A stretch of DNA of 64,000 nt. Origin: Hemiscyllium ocellatum (taxonomy: Eukaryota). Below the pieces are notes generated by a model. That model did not search any database. It saw only the letters and a list, made by a program, of their open reading frames with translations, and was not told the origin of the DNA. The DNA lies in contig NW_026867592.1 in assembly GCF_020745735.1 (NCBI RefSeq), positions 62,001 through 126,000 of the forward strand. The letters run 5' to 3'. Shown here one piece after another: positions 48,978-61,600 of this stretch. Within the stretch, counting starts at the first letter, position 1; every line of letters starts with the position of its first letter. The position numbers and the translations under genes are program-made.

Positions 48978-50150
48978 TTTCCAGTCCCCAGAGTTCGAGT
49001 TTCTCCCACACCGCACACCCCATTCCCACTCCCCAGACTCTGTGCATCACCCTCCCCACACCCGCAACCCACTCCCAGAGTCTGCGTGTCTCCCTCCCCC
49101 TCATACCCACACCCCTACTCCCCAGAGTCGATGTTTCTCTCTCACCCCATACCCCAAAATACACTCCCCGAATCTGTTATGCTCCCCCATACCCGACTCA
49201 CAGTAATCCCCGTTGCCAGAGTCTCTTTGGCTTCACCCCCACACACACACACACACCACAGTCACACTCCCAGAGACTGAGGGCCTCCCTCACTCCACGC
49301 CCACATTTCCAGTTCCCAGAGTTCGAGTTTCTCCAACACCACACACCTCATTCCCACTCCCGACTCCGTGCATCTCCCTCCGAAAAACCTCTATTCCCAC
49401 TCCCAGACTCTGTGTGTCTCCTTCCTCCCACACCCCCATCCTCACTCCCAGAGTCTGTGTGTCTCCCTTCACTCCCACATTCCCATCCCCACTCCAGAGT
49501 CTGTGCGTCTCCCTCCCACCACACCTCTAACCCCACTCCCAGAGTCTGTTGTCAAAATTCCCCGACATCTCCATCCCCACTCTCAGAGTCTGTGTGTTTC
49601 TCGCCCCCATCTTTTATCCCAGAGTCCGTGTGATTCCCTCCTCCTACAGCCAACTCCCAACTCCAGTGTCTATGCATCTCTTCACCCATGCTCATCCCAA
49701 CTTCCATAGTCTGTGTATCTCCCTCCCGCAACATCTCCACCCCATTGCAGAGTCTATGTGTCTCCCTCTCCCTCACACACCCAAGGTCTGTGAGTCTCCC
49801 TCCCTCCATACCCCCATTGCCACTCCTAGAGTCTGTGTGTCTCCTGCCCCCCACTGCCCCATCCCCACTCCCTGGGTTTCTTTGTCTCCCTTCATCACCC
49901 TCCATACTCCCATCCCCACTCCCAGAGTCTATGTGCTCCCCTTTACCCCACAATCCCATTCCCACTCGGTAGAGTGTGTTTATCACCCTCCCCACACACC
50001 CCCATCCTGACTCCCAAAGACTATGTCTCCCTCTCCCCCCACACTGCCATTTGCACTCCCGGAGTCTGTGTGTCTCCCTGGTCCACACATCTCCATCCCC
50101 ACTCCCTAGAGTTTGTGCTTCTCCATCCACACCTCCCCACACTGCTGAAG
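48978..50150. repeat. C-rich degenerate minisatellite block, copy 2
   Basis: Same cccactcccagagtctgtgtgtctccc units as 22810-24360. Confidence 0.9.
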
Positions 50151-51159
50151 GCTGCAGAATATAGAATCTAAAACCGATTTTTTAAAAAAAGTTTATATCA
50201 TACGAAAAAGTAACAAAAAGTGCAAGATCAGAAATATTAAAAGGTACAGTCGAAGTGCTCCAGATTTTGAGAATTGAATGACCTTGTTAGATGGTTTGGA
50301 GATTCGTCCAACAACGTCCTGGAATCAGACTGTTAAACCGAGTTCGAAGGTTGATTTGTAAGTGTTACATCAAAGTGATTGCATACCGCCCCATGAACCT
50401 GTTTCCAGATATAGGCCACATTGGCAGATGTTTCCTCAGACTGTTTCCCCTGGGTATTTATTTTCTGATCAGAAGTGAAATGGGTGGCACACAGAAACAG
50501 GAAGTTTTGGGTCAGCTGAGAATGACACACCGGGCAACAATTCCCTGTTATCAGTGCAAGCAGTCTTCCTGCCTGTGGGGGTGAACGCACACTGACAGCA
50601 TCAAAACCAAATAGGCAGATTACGGTTGGTTTCAACATTGTATTCAATTCCATTCTCAGTTTCCACAATGAAACATAAAACACCCAAGATTATTTAAGCT
50701 AAATTACATTAACTGTCCGCTGAGAGTTATCACTGGGCGAAACAGGCCAAAGGACAATTAATAATTTCATTTGCAATTCTCTGTTTAAACTTTTCACAAA
50801 CTTCGGCGATATCTCAGGTCAAAGGCAAGAAGAGATTGTATCAATGCACAGGTATTTTTACCTTGTACCTATCTTCAGTCATATTTTGCTCTTCTCTTTT
50901 TGCTTTCATTCATGTAAGATATCAAGAAAAAATTTAAGATTTCAGTAAGTGAATCACAGGTATTTCTAAGAGAAAGAGAAGAGATTAAGTGCTTCTGGTG
51001 TCACGCCACAAGATTTGATTAAATAATGACACGAGGCAGTAGCAACCTTGATGTGTATTTTCTCTTTGTTCTGAGGTCATAAACTGTAGGCTAAGACTAA
51101 TATTATCAAATTAAATATGGACAACTATGAAGGTATAAAAACAGAACTAATTAAAATGA

Positions 51160-53620
51160 GTTGGTAAATCACGCAAAGGGATAATTAATAACGGTGTGCT
51201 AATTATAAACGCCAATAAAGAGATTCCTGGGTGGAATATTGTTTCCCCAGAGCCGGGTCAGGGATGTTACTGATCGATTGCAGTACATTCTGAAAGTGGA
51301 GCGTGAACAGCCAGTTATCGTGGTGCATATAGTCACCAATGATATCAGTAAAAATTGAGATGATGTCCTGAAAGCAGAATTCAGGGAGCCAAGGGAGAAG
51401 TTAAAGATGAGGACCTCGAAGGTAGTGATCTCAGGATTGCTACAAATCCCAACGTACTGGCCAGGATAGAAATGACAGAATAGGCAGGATGAACACGTGA
51501 CTTGAGAGATGGTGATGGAGGGAGAGGTTCAGATTTGTCGGACATTGGGAACAGTTCTCATAAAGGTAGGACTATTACAAATTCAGGTCTACACCTGAAC
51601 CAGCCAGAAACTAATGTCCTTTGGGTAGCTTTTGTTACTGCTGGTGAGGAGGCTTTAAACTAATGTGGCAGGGGGCTGGGAACAAGAGAAGACAAGTAGA
51701 CAGTGAGGTGGAAACTATAGACTGTAAGGATCATGAAGTGACCATTACCAAGGGGAAGAGTAGGCAGAGAGCAAATGAACTCAAAAGAATTGGCTGTCTG
51801 AAGGGCATACACTTTATTGCAAGGAGTATAGTGAGTAAGGCAGATGAACGTAGGTCTTTGATTGGTGCCTGGGAGTATGACGTTATTATGATCACCAAGA
51901 CATGTTTGAAGAAAGGGCATGATTGTCAACTAAATGTTCTAGGATATAGATGATTGAGACAGGACAGGGAGGGAAGTAAAAATTGCTGGGGGGGTTGTGG
52001 GTGGGGTGGGGAAGGAGTTGCTTTGCTGGCTCGGGATGATATCACGTTTGTGCTAAAGGAGGACACTGAGAAGGACTTGAGCAGCGAGGCATTATGGGTA
52101 GAGCTGAGGAATACGAAGTATGCAGTTTCATTTTTGGGGCTGAACTACAGGCTCCCAATAGTGACCGTGAGGTAGAAGAACAAACAGGTAAACATATCAT
52201 GGAAAGATGTGGAGACACAGGTTGATGGTGAAGGGAGATTTTAATTTTCCCAACATTGACTGGGATACACTTAGTGTCAGAGGTCTGGATGGGCCATAAT
52301 TTGTAGCATCCAGTAAAGGCTTCTGCAGCAGTATGTCAGTACTCCAACACGGTAAGAGGCCATATTGGACCTGATGTTGGGGTAAGATCCAGGCCAGGTG
52401 GCAGATGTTGCAGTGGGGGATTTCTCTGGGAACAGTGACCACAATTCTGTAAGTTCAAAAATATTGGTAGACAAAGATGAGAGTTGCCCTCAGGGAAGAG
52501 TCCTAAACTTGGCCAATGCCAATTATATCAAAACTCGGCAGGGGCTTTGAAATGTGGATTGGGAGTTAATATTTGAAGGGAAGTCTACATTTGACATGTG
52601 GGAGGCTTTCAAAGATAAGTTGAAGATAGTGCAGGACAGGCATGTCCCTTTGAAAACAAGGGATAAGAAACGCAAAATTCGTGAACCTTGGATGACAGGA
52701 GTAATTGTGCGACTAGCCAAGAGGAAAAAGGAAGTGTACATAAAGTACAGGCAACTAAGAATGGAATGGGCCTTGGTGGAATATCAGGAGAGTAGAACCA
52801 ATCTTAAATGAGGAATGAAATGGGCTAAAAGGGGTCATGAAATAACTTTAAGTGAACAGAATTAATGAGAATCCTTAGGTATTTTATTCATATATTAGAA
52901 ACAAAAGGGTAACGATAGAAAGTGTTGGTTCTCCAAAGGATAAGGAAGGAAGGTTGTATGTTGAACCTGAGAAAAGGGGTGAGACTCTTAATGATTACTG
53001 TGCATCAGTGTTCACTGAGGAGAGGGACATGTTGAACGTTGAGGTTGGAGATAGAAGCTTGTTTCCTCTAGATCACATTGATATTAGGAAGGAAGTTGCA
53101 TTGGGTAGGCTAAATGATGTTAAGGTGGATAAAGCACCAGAAGAAGCGGGGTCTATCCCAGGTTATTGAGGGAGGCGATAGAATATCAGGGGCCCTGACA
53201 GATATCTTGGTCGCACCGTTAAACACAGGTGAGGTGCTGGTGGACTGGACATGTTGATTCCACTTGCACAAGAAGGGTAGTAGGGATATTCCAGAGCTTG
53301 ACGTCAGTGCTGGGAAAGTGCTGGAGAATGTACTGAGGGATGAAATCCATTTACCTTTGGAAAAGAACAGGATTATCAGTGATAGACAATGTGGTTTTGT
53401 GTGGGGGAGATTGTGCCTTGCCAATTTAGTAGGGTTGTTGAGGAAGTGACCAAATAGATAGATGAAGGAAAGGCTGGCACGGTAGATTCATTTAAGGTGC
53501 GTCTGAACAGATACATGAGGAGGATACAGATTCTTAGGAATTGAGTGATAGGTTTAGATAGTGAATTTGGATCTGCACACGCTTGGACGGCGGAAGGGAC
53601 TGTTCCTGGGATGTTAATTT
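51160..53620 (+). mobile_element. Degenerate CR1 (ORF1 end and ORF2 EN to RT)
   Basis: LKGIHFIARSIVSKADERRSLIGAWEYDVIMITKTCL (ORF 51663-51953) and FDMWEAFKDKL...EPWMT (52554-52811). Confidence 0.75.
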
Positions 53621-55588
53621 ACTTTGTTCATTGTTCTTCCTTGTGTAGTAATGGACATTAAAGTAGATATTTCAGAATATGCCGCAGAGATCATTTCTGC
53701 AGTGTAAGAAAACAAAACCTAAGGAAAGCAATCACAATCCCTGTTTCAAAATAAAATACTGGAACCAAACTGAGAATAAATCTATATTGTTGCACACTGA
53801 TAGGGGGTAGACCTGAAGATTTGACAGATATAGGAAAGTGGAAGAATATAAGTTTAATAAGGAAACAAGTATCAGTCTAAAAGTTAGAGTTAGCTAGTTA
53901 GATTAAATAGACAGAGACATTACTGACAGGTTTTAAAATATAATTAACAATATGGAGGTTGGTGTTGTGGACAGTGAGTCAGTGAAACTAGCAACAAAAA
54001 GGAAATGGTCAATTCATTGTATAGGTACATTGCGACAGCCCTCTACATCAAAAATAGGTGGAAAATCAGGAAAACCAAAGAAGGTTGAGATAGAATTGAA
54101 ATTACAATCGCCACTGAAGCGTTCCTGATAAAATAGTTATAGCCTGGATAAGGGTTCAAATTCATGCTCGGAATATTCACAGAAAACTGACTCACAAAAT
54201 GTTTCATGCATTAGTTTTTAGTTTCCAAAATCAGGGAATGTTCTATGAGATTGCAAAATTGTGAATTGAAATCCTTCATTAAAAGGGGCAGATACAGAAA
54301 GCAGAAGTTATTTGACAGTTAAGTCAGCTTCTGGCATAAGGAGTAAGATAGAAACTATTATCAGGAACGGTCAAGTTAATCAGATGGAATCAATATGACT
54401 TTGTAATGGCAACATCATGCCTGCAGTTCATTGCAGATTTCTGACGACTTTGAGCGTGTGCAGTTGATAAAGGAACAGCAGTTCATGTAATGTATTTAGA
54501 TACAGGAGTCATTGAAACATAAAAAAAATGGACCAAGAGTAGGCTATACACATCACCGAGCTTGTCCTGTGATTCAATACAATCAGGGCTAATAAAAGTC
54601 CAGTGAACTTTCACAGCACTCCCTCCATGGTGATGATAGCTTTCCAGACATAAGGAAAACTTAATTGCACTCCGTTCACCAATTGTAGTCTAGCCAAACT
54701 CCTATGCAACTAAAGCAACACTTCATTGCTCCAGGGTTCAAATTAACCTGTAGTAAGGGCTAACATTCTATTAATCTTCCAAATGTGTATTGAATAAAGG
54801 GTCACATCAAACATTTTTCTGGTGGATAATTAAACAACTCATTGGAGGAGTAGGCTCCACAGATATTTCAATCGTCCCTGATGGAGAGCACAACATATCA
54901 GTGTAAAAGTTAAGGCTGAAGCATTCACAGCAATCTATTGTCAGAAATGCCAATTGTACGATCCATCTCGGCTTCGTCCAATTATCAGCTATATTACAGA
55001 TACATGTTTTAAGCCAATTTGCTTCTCTCCACGTGATAACAAGACATTCTGGGAAGCTCTGCTTACTCAAACGTTATGTAACCGACAAAAGTACTGATGG
55101 TTTTAGCGAGGCAAGCACTTCCAGCGTAGCTGCAACGATGGCAAAAATCCGACAACGTGTGAAATAGTTGAAAAGTGTGTTGCTGGAAAAGCGCAACAGG
55201 CCAGGCAGCATCCGAGGAGCAGGAGAATCGACGTTTCGGGCATAAGTCCTTCTTCAGTAATCAGGACTCCTGAAAAGGGCTTAAGCCTGATTCATCGATT
55301 CTCCAGCTTCTCGGATGCTGCCTGGCCTGCTGCACTTTTCCAGCACCACACCTTTCAACTCTGGTCTCCAGCATCTGCAGTCCTCACTTTCTCCCAGTGT
55401 GGGAAATAGGCCAGCCACTTCCTGAGCACAGAAAGCAGGACAATCCAATCTGACCAATTTCTGCTCCCATGCTCGGTCATGAGTTGGGTGTGTGAAAATG
55501 CCATCAACAGAGCAATCAAGCAGCACTGGCTCAGCAATAACCTGCTCAGTGACATGAAATGTGGGTTACGCAATCTCCACTAAGCTCC

Positions 55589-55892
55589 GTGGGCGGCACG
55601 GTGGCACGGTGGTTAGCACTGCTGCCTCACAGCGCCTGAGACCCGGGTTCAATTCCCGACTCAGGCGACTGACTGTGTGGAGTTTGCACGTTCTCCCCGT
55701 GTCTGCGTGGGTTTCCTCCGGGTGCTCCGGTTTTCTCCCGCAATCCAAAGATGTGCGGGTCAGGTGAATTGGCCATGCTAAATTGCCCATAGTGTTAGGT
55801 AAGGGGTAAATGTAGGGGTATGGGTGGGTTGCGCTTCGGCGGGTCGGTGTGGACTTGTTGGGCCTGTTTCCACACTGTAAGTAATCTAATCT
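55589..55892 (+). mobile_element. Young full-length tRNA-derived SINE, absent from copy 1
   Basis: A box tggcacggtgg, B box ggttcaattcc, (taatc)n tail; empty site cagctcc|tgaccg at 27525/27526. Confidence 0.9.
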
Positions 55893-56725
55893 TGACCGAA
55901 TTCCACACTTGATTTATGCATAGACAAAGAACTGATTCCCTGAAGCGCGGGCAGAGAGACAGCACTTGACTTAAACGTCACATTCGCCCGAGATTAATAT
56001 TATAGGGCCCGACGAGAACTGGAATCAGTGAGTATCAGATGACAAACTCTCTGTTGCCTGGAGTCGTACCTCGTACATTGGAAGATGGATCTGATTGTTG
56101 GATCTCAATCCTCTCAGCTCCAGGACACCTCCATTCGAGTTCCTGAAGGAAGTATCCTTGGCCGCAGCATCTTCAGCTGTGTCATCAATCATCCTCCTTT
56201 CATCATAAGACCAGAATTGAAATCTGTGCCGATGATAGCACTTTTTATGACATCTCGTACATGGAAGCAATACACATTCAAATGTAACAATATCAGGACA
56301 TTATCCGGAATTGGACTGACGAGTGACATTGACACCACTTCCAGGCAATAAGAGATAATCTAGCAAAAACGCCTTGACATTCAATGGTGTTACCATCATT
56401 GAAAAAACCCCGCCCCACTATCAGCATGCTGGGTATTATCGTTAACTAGAAACTGAACTGGACATTCCATATAAGCACAACGGTTCGAATAGCAGGCCAG
56501 GAGCTCGGAATACTGTGGCAACCAATTCACCCTCCTGACTCCGAAAGCTAATTGGCTCTCTAAAAAGCAGAAGTTAGGAGTGTAATGGCACACTTCCCCA
56601 CTTGACTGGATGGGTGCAGCTTCAGTTACACTCAAGAAGCTTGACGTCATCCAGGACAAAGCATCCCACTTCAATAATCGCACTCTTACAAGCACACATT
56701 GCCTCCAAATCTGATACTCAGTACC

Positions 56726-57027
56726 TGCAGTGAGAAAGCTCTCACAAACAGAAATGCAATAAATCTGACACTTTATATTACGACCAAGAACTCAACACGT
56801 GCAAATTATGGGGGAGCATGGAAATCTGAAAAGAAAACAGAACAGAAATGTGGGAATCATGGACCAGGTGAATCAGGGTCTGCAGCTAGAGCATCGAATA
56901 TAGATGTTAGATTGATTGTTGGATGCAAAGTCTCCTGTTATATTGCCAGTATTCCACTCCAATATCTATTCATGATATAAAGTGTCAGATTTATTGCATT
57001 TCTGTTTGTGAGAGCTTTCTCACTGCA
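56726..57027. repeat. Inverted repeat, perfect 53-bp arms, 196-bp spacer
   Basis: 56726-56778 is the exact reverse complement of 56975-57027. Confidence 0.9.
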
Positions 57028-58635
57028 TTTCCAACATTAGGATCAGAGTGGTAATATCACTGGAACAGTATTCCAAACTCCAGTTGGAGGTTGAGTGGAC
57101 AGGAGGTGGAATACACCATTTACCGAGGGGAAATTTGAATGTAAAGTAATCAGGAAAAAAATGGTGACAATGTAACAATAATCAATGGAACAATACCAAA
57201 ACAGCTGGTTTACTAATTACCATTAGAAAATCCGTCTACTGCATTTACCTCATCAGCCAACATCATGGATGGCTATGCTGTCTCACAGCGCCAGGGTCCT
57301 GGGTTCGATTTCCCCCCTGTCTGCTTGGGGTTTGCACATTCTCACTGTGTCTGCTTGGGTTTCCTCCCACAATCCAAAGCTGTGCAGGCCAGATGAATTG
57401 GCCACGCTAAATTCCCCACAGTGTTCTGTGCCCTAGTCAGCAGTAAGAAAGGGTAGAGTGATGGGTTTCTCTTCGGAGGGGCGGTCTGGACTTGTTGGGC
57501 CAAAGGGCCTGCTTCCACATTGTAGAGAATCTAATCATCAGAATCCACACCCACTGTCAGGTAACTGATGATTTCTGAAGTGACATGAGCAAGTGTCACA
57601 GTGGGTAATTAGGGAGAGGGTCCCATTGATGACTGAACCTGCAACATCTACATTTCATGATAGATTAAAAGAAAATATAAGCGCGACTAAACCTCACAAC
57701 AACAATATCGACTAAATGAAATTGTTGTGGCAGTTCTTGATCTCACTTCAACTATTTTATGTGGATATTCTAAAATGCACGTTGAGCTATGTTGCATTGT
57801 TGGAAATTTTACCGTCTAAAGGGACGACAATATAAATCAATGTTCAAAGTGGATCCAATTGGACAGAAATGTTTCATTGCATGAACTTCCAGAATTCAAA
57901 TATTCGGCTAAATTAAAATGTTGAATTATGTTTATCTTCCAGATATAAATAATATCTGTTGCAATTCATAGTCTTGAAATTTGCATTCACTTCTGCAAAC
58001 TGTCAACGTTCTTCAAATAAACTTGGTTTGATTTGAAACTTATCATTTGAAACTTCGTTCATCTGGCTTTACTGTCATCAACTCTGCTTTGAAACCAGTG
58101 AAGTGTTTATGTAAATAAACACAGAAATAGGACTCTCAGAATAGATGACAGAACAACAAAACCCCTGGTTATATTTCCCCACAAGCACAGTACACAAATA
58201 ATGGCAAATATGCAAATAAAACAACGGATTTTTAAATCTTATTATTCATTTGTGGGACCTGGGCATCTCTTGGCTGGCTCACATTGATCCCTATTTGCCC
58301 TCGAGAAGGTGATGGTCAGCTGCCTTCTTGAATCGCTGTTGTGGATTGAGCCATTATGCCAGTGAGGAGGGAATTTCCATACTAATTGTAGTTCATCCCT
58401 TAAAATATAAAAGTTGTCTGATTCTAAAATCACAGTGATATCAATTTCCATGCTTAGTCCAAAAAAACTTCAATTTTGAGATTGATTGGCACAGCTAACG
58501 TTTCTTTCTCTGTCTCTCTTTCGCTTTTCCACTCCTGCCTTCCCCCATTTTTTATATCTGATGCCGTGTTTTGCATTTCCACAATCAGACAATGTTTTCA
58601 TAAATAACATAAAGTCAACGCCTCACCAACATATT

Positions 58636-61600
58636 GGCTCATAGTGTCATAGCGAAGTCCAGCGTGGAAACAGACCCTTTGGTCAGACATGTCCATGCAG
58701 AACAAATATCCCAACCCAATCTTATCCCACCTGCCAGCACCCGGCCCATATCCCTCTAAACCCTTCCTATTCATAAATCTCATTAGATGTCTTTTAAATG
58801 TTGCAATTGTACCAGCTTCCACACTTCCTGTGGCAACTCATTCCATACACGTACCACACATTAAGTGAAAAAATTGCCCCTTAGATTCCTTTTGCATCTT
58901 TCCCCTCTCACCCTAAACCTACGCCATCTAGTTCTGGACTCACCCATCCAGGGAAAAGACTTTTCCTATTTATCCTATCCATGCCCCGCATGATTTTATA
59001 AACTTCGATGAGGTCACCCCTCAGCCTCTGAAGCTCCAGGGAGAACAACCATAACCTATTCAATCTCTCCCTATAGCTCAAATCCTCCAAACCTGGCAAC
59101 ATCCTTATAAATCCTTTTTGAACCTTTTTTTAAGTTTCACAATATCCTTCCAAAAGGAAGGAGACCAGAATTGCATTAAATATTCCAACAGTGACCCTAA
59201 TCAATGTCCTGTACAGCTGCAACTTGACCTTCCAACTCCTCTACTCAATACCCTAACCAATAAAGGAAAGTATACCAATCGCCTTCTTCACAATCCTGTC
59301 GACTTGCGACTCTACTTTCAAGGCGCTATGAAACTACACTCAAAGGTCTCTTTGCTCAGCAGCGCTATCTAAGACCTTACCATTAAGTGTATAAGATCTG
59401 CTAAGATTTGCTTTCCCACAATGCAGCACCTCACATATATCTGAATTAAAATCCAACTGTCACTCCTCAGCCCACTGTCCCATCTGATCAAGATCCCATG
59501 GAAACCTGAGATAAGCTTCTTCATTGTCCATTACATATCCAATAATGGTGTCATTTGCAAACTTACTAACTATACCTCTTATGCTCGCATCCAAATCACT
59601 TATATCAATGATTAAAATTACTGGACCCAGCACCGATCCTTGTGGCACTCCACTGGTCACAGGCCTCCAGTCTGAAAAACATCCCTCCACCACCATCATC
59701 TGTCTTCTACCTTTGAGCCAGTTCTGTATCCACATGGTTAGTTCTGCCTCTATTCTGTGAGATCTCACCTTGCTAACCAATCTCCCTTGGGGAACCTTGT
59801 TGAACGACTTACTGAATTCCATATAGATCACATCCACTGCTCTCGTCTCCAAAATCCTCTTGGTAACTTCTTCAAAAAACTCAATCAAGTTTGTGAGACA
59901 TGATTTCCCACGCTTAAAGCCATGTTGAAGATCCCGAGTCAGTCCTTACCTTTCCAAGTGCATGTACGTCCTGTAACTCATAATTCCCTCCAAAGTCCTT
60001 CCCACCACCAACGTCACGCTCACTGTTCTATAGTTCCCTGACTTGTCCTTACCATTTCATAAACAGTGGATCCACGTCAGACAACCTCCAATCTTCCAGC
60101 ACCTCACCTGTGACTATTAATTACACAAATTCCTCAGCAAGAGGACCAGCAATCACTTCACTAGGGTCCCACAGAGTTCGAACCTACACATGATCAGGTC
60201 CTGGGGATTTATCCACATTTATGTGTTTCAAGCTCAATTATAAAGAACGAGAAGCAGGCATTTTGGCGAATGGAGTTTTTTCTTCTATTCAATGACGTTG
60301 TGATTGAACTGATAATCCTCACCTCTGCTATTCAGCCTTTTCCCAATCAGCACTGATTCTATTACCGATTCAAACTCTGCCAGTTACCCTTGAAAGTATG
60401 CGATGGCCCAACCTCGGTGCCCTGTGGTAAAGAATTCTACAGATTCACTTCATTTTGGGAGAAGAATTTCTCTTCTGCCTCAAACCTGTGACCTCTAAGC
60501 CAGAGATTACACTCCCTGGTTCTGGACTCTTCCAAAAGTGGAAACAACATTTCTGCTTTTAACGCGCCATGTTTCCTGAAATTTCAGAATGTCACCACTG
60601 AATAATCTATGTTGCAATTGGTACAAGCTCAAACTACTCAATCTCTATTCTCAATACAGTCCCTCCATCCTCAAGATCAGTCTGCTGAACCTCATGTGGA
60701 TTGTCTCGGATTCCAGAGTATCTTTCCTTTAATACGAGTCGCACAATAGTTGACAGTATTCAGCTGTGATATGACGAGAGCTTATTTTCAGTTTTAACAA
60801 AACTTACAGTCATACAGTTATACTGCACAGAGGTAGATCCTTCGTTCCAACTCATCTGTGGTGAACTGAAATCCCAATTTGACCGAGTATCATATGGCAA
60901 ACAGGTGACCCATATTTCTCTAAATGTTTCCTTCTCCTACACACATTCAGCTGTCTTTTAAATTTTAAAGTTATGCTCGCCTCCACCACTTCATATAGCA
61001 GATTTTTCTGTGTATATACCACCATCTATGTGAAAACGTTACCCTTCGGGACCTTTTCCAACGTTTCTCCTCTCGCCATAATCCTCTGTCTTATAGTTTT
61101 GGACTCCCCAACACTCTGAAAAAGACCTTGGCTATTCATCATAACAATGCCCCTCATGATTTTCGGATCTTGTTCAGGCCAACCTTCAGCCCCCTTTCCT
61201 CGTGCTGCAGGGAAAAGAAACGCCCCAGCCTATTCAGGGTCACCTTATAGATTAAATGCTGAGAGTTTGTTTCTGGAAATGCACTGCGAGTCAGGCAGCA
61301 TCCGAGGAGCAGGAAATTCGATGTTTCGGGCAAAAGCCCATCATCAGGAATGGAGGCAGGGAGCCTCCAGGTGGCTAAATGGTGCTCAGTCCATGGAATG
61401 ATCATCCATGGTCTTGTTGAACAGCGGAGCAGGTTCGTAGGGTCAGATGGCTTAATCCTTCTCACATTTCTTACATTGTGGTATTGTTATGTTTTTACAG
61501 ACCTCCGATCCAAAAGGCAACACTCCATGACCACTAAATAAAAATCAAAGGAACTGCAGATGTCATGTATCTGAAACAAAAAACGGAAACTGTGGAAAAA

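Larger units (their letters stand above)
38116..48978. repeat. Tandem array of a ~3.82 kb unit (two full, one deleted, one stub)
   Basis: acctgagggccaac anchor at ~38340, ~42162, ~45984, ~48898; ORF triplets 39523/43396/47163, 39680/43502/47320, 40021/43843/47661. Confidence 0.95.
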
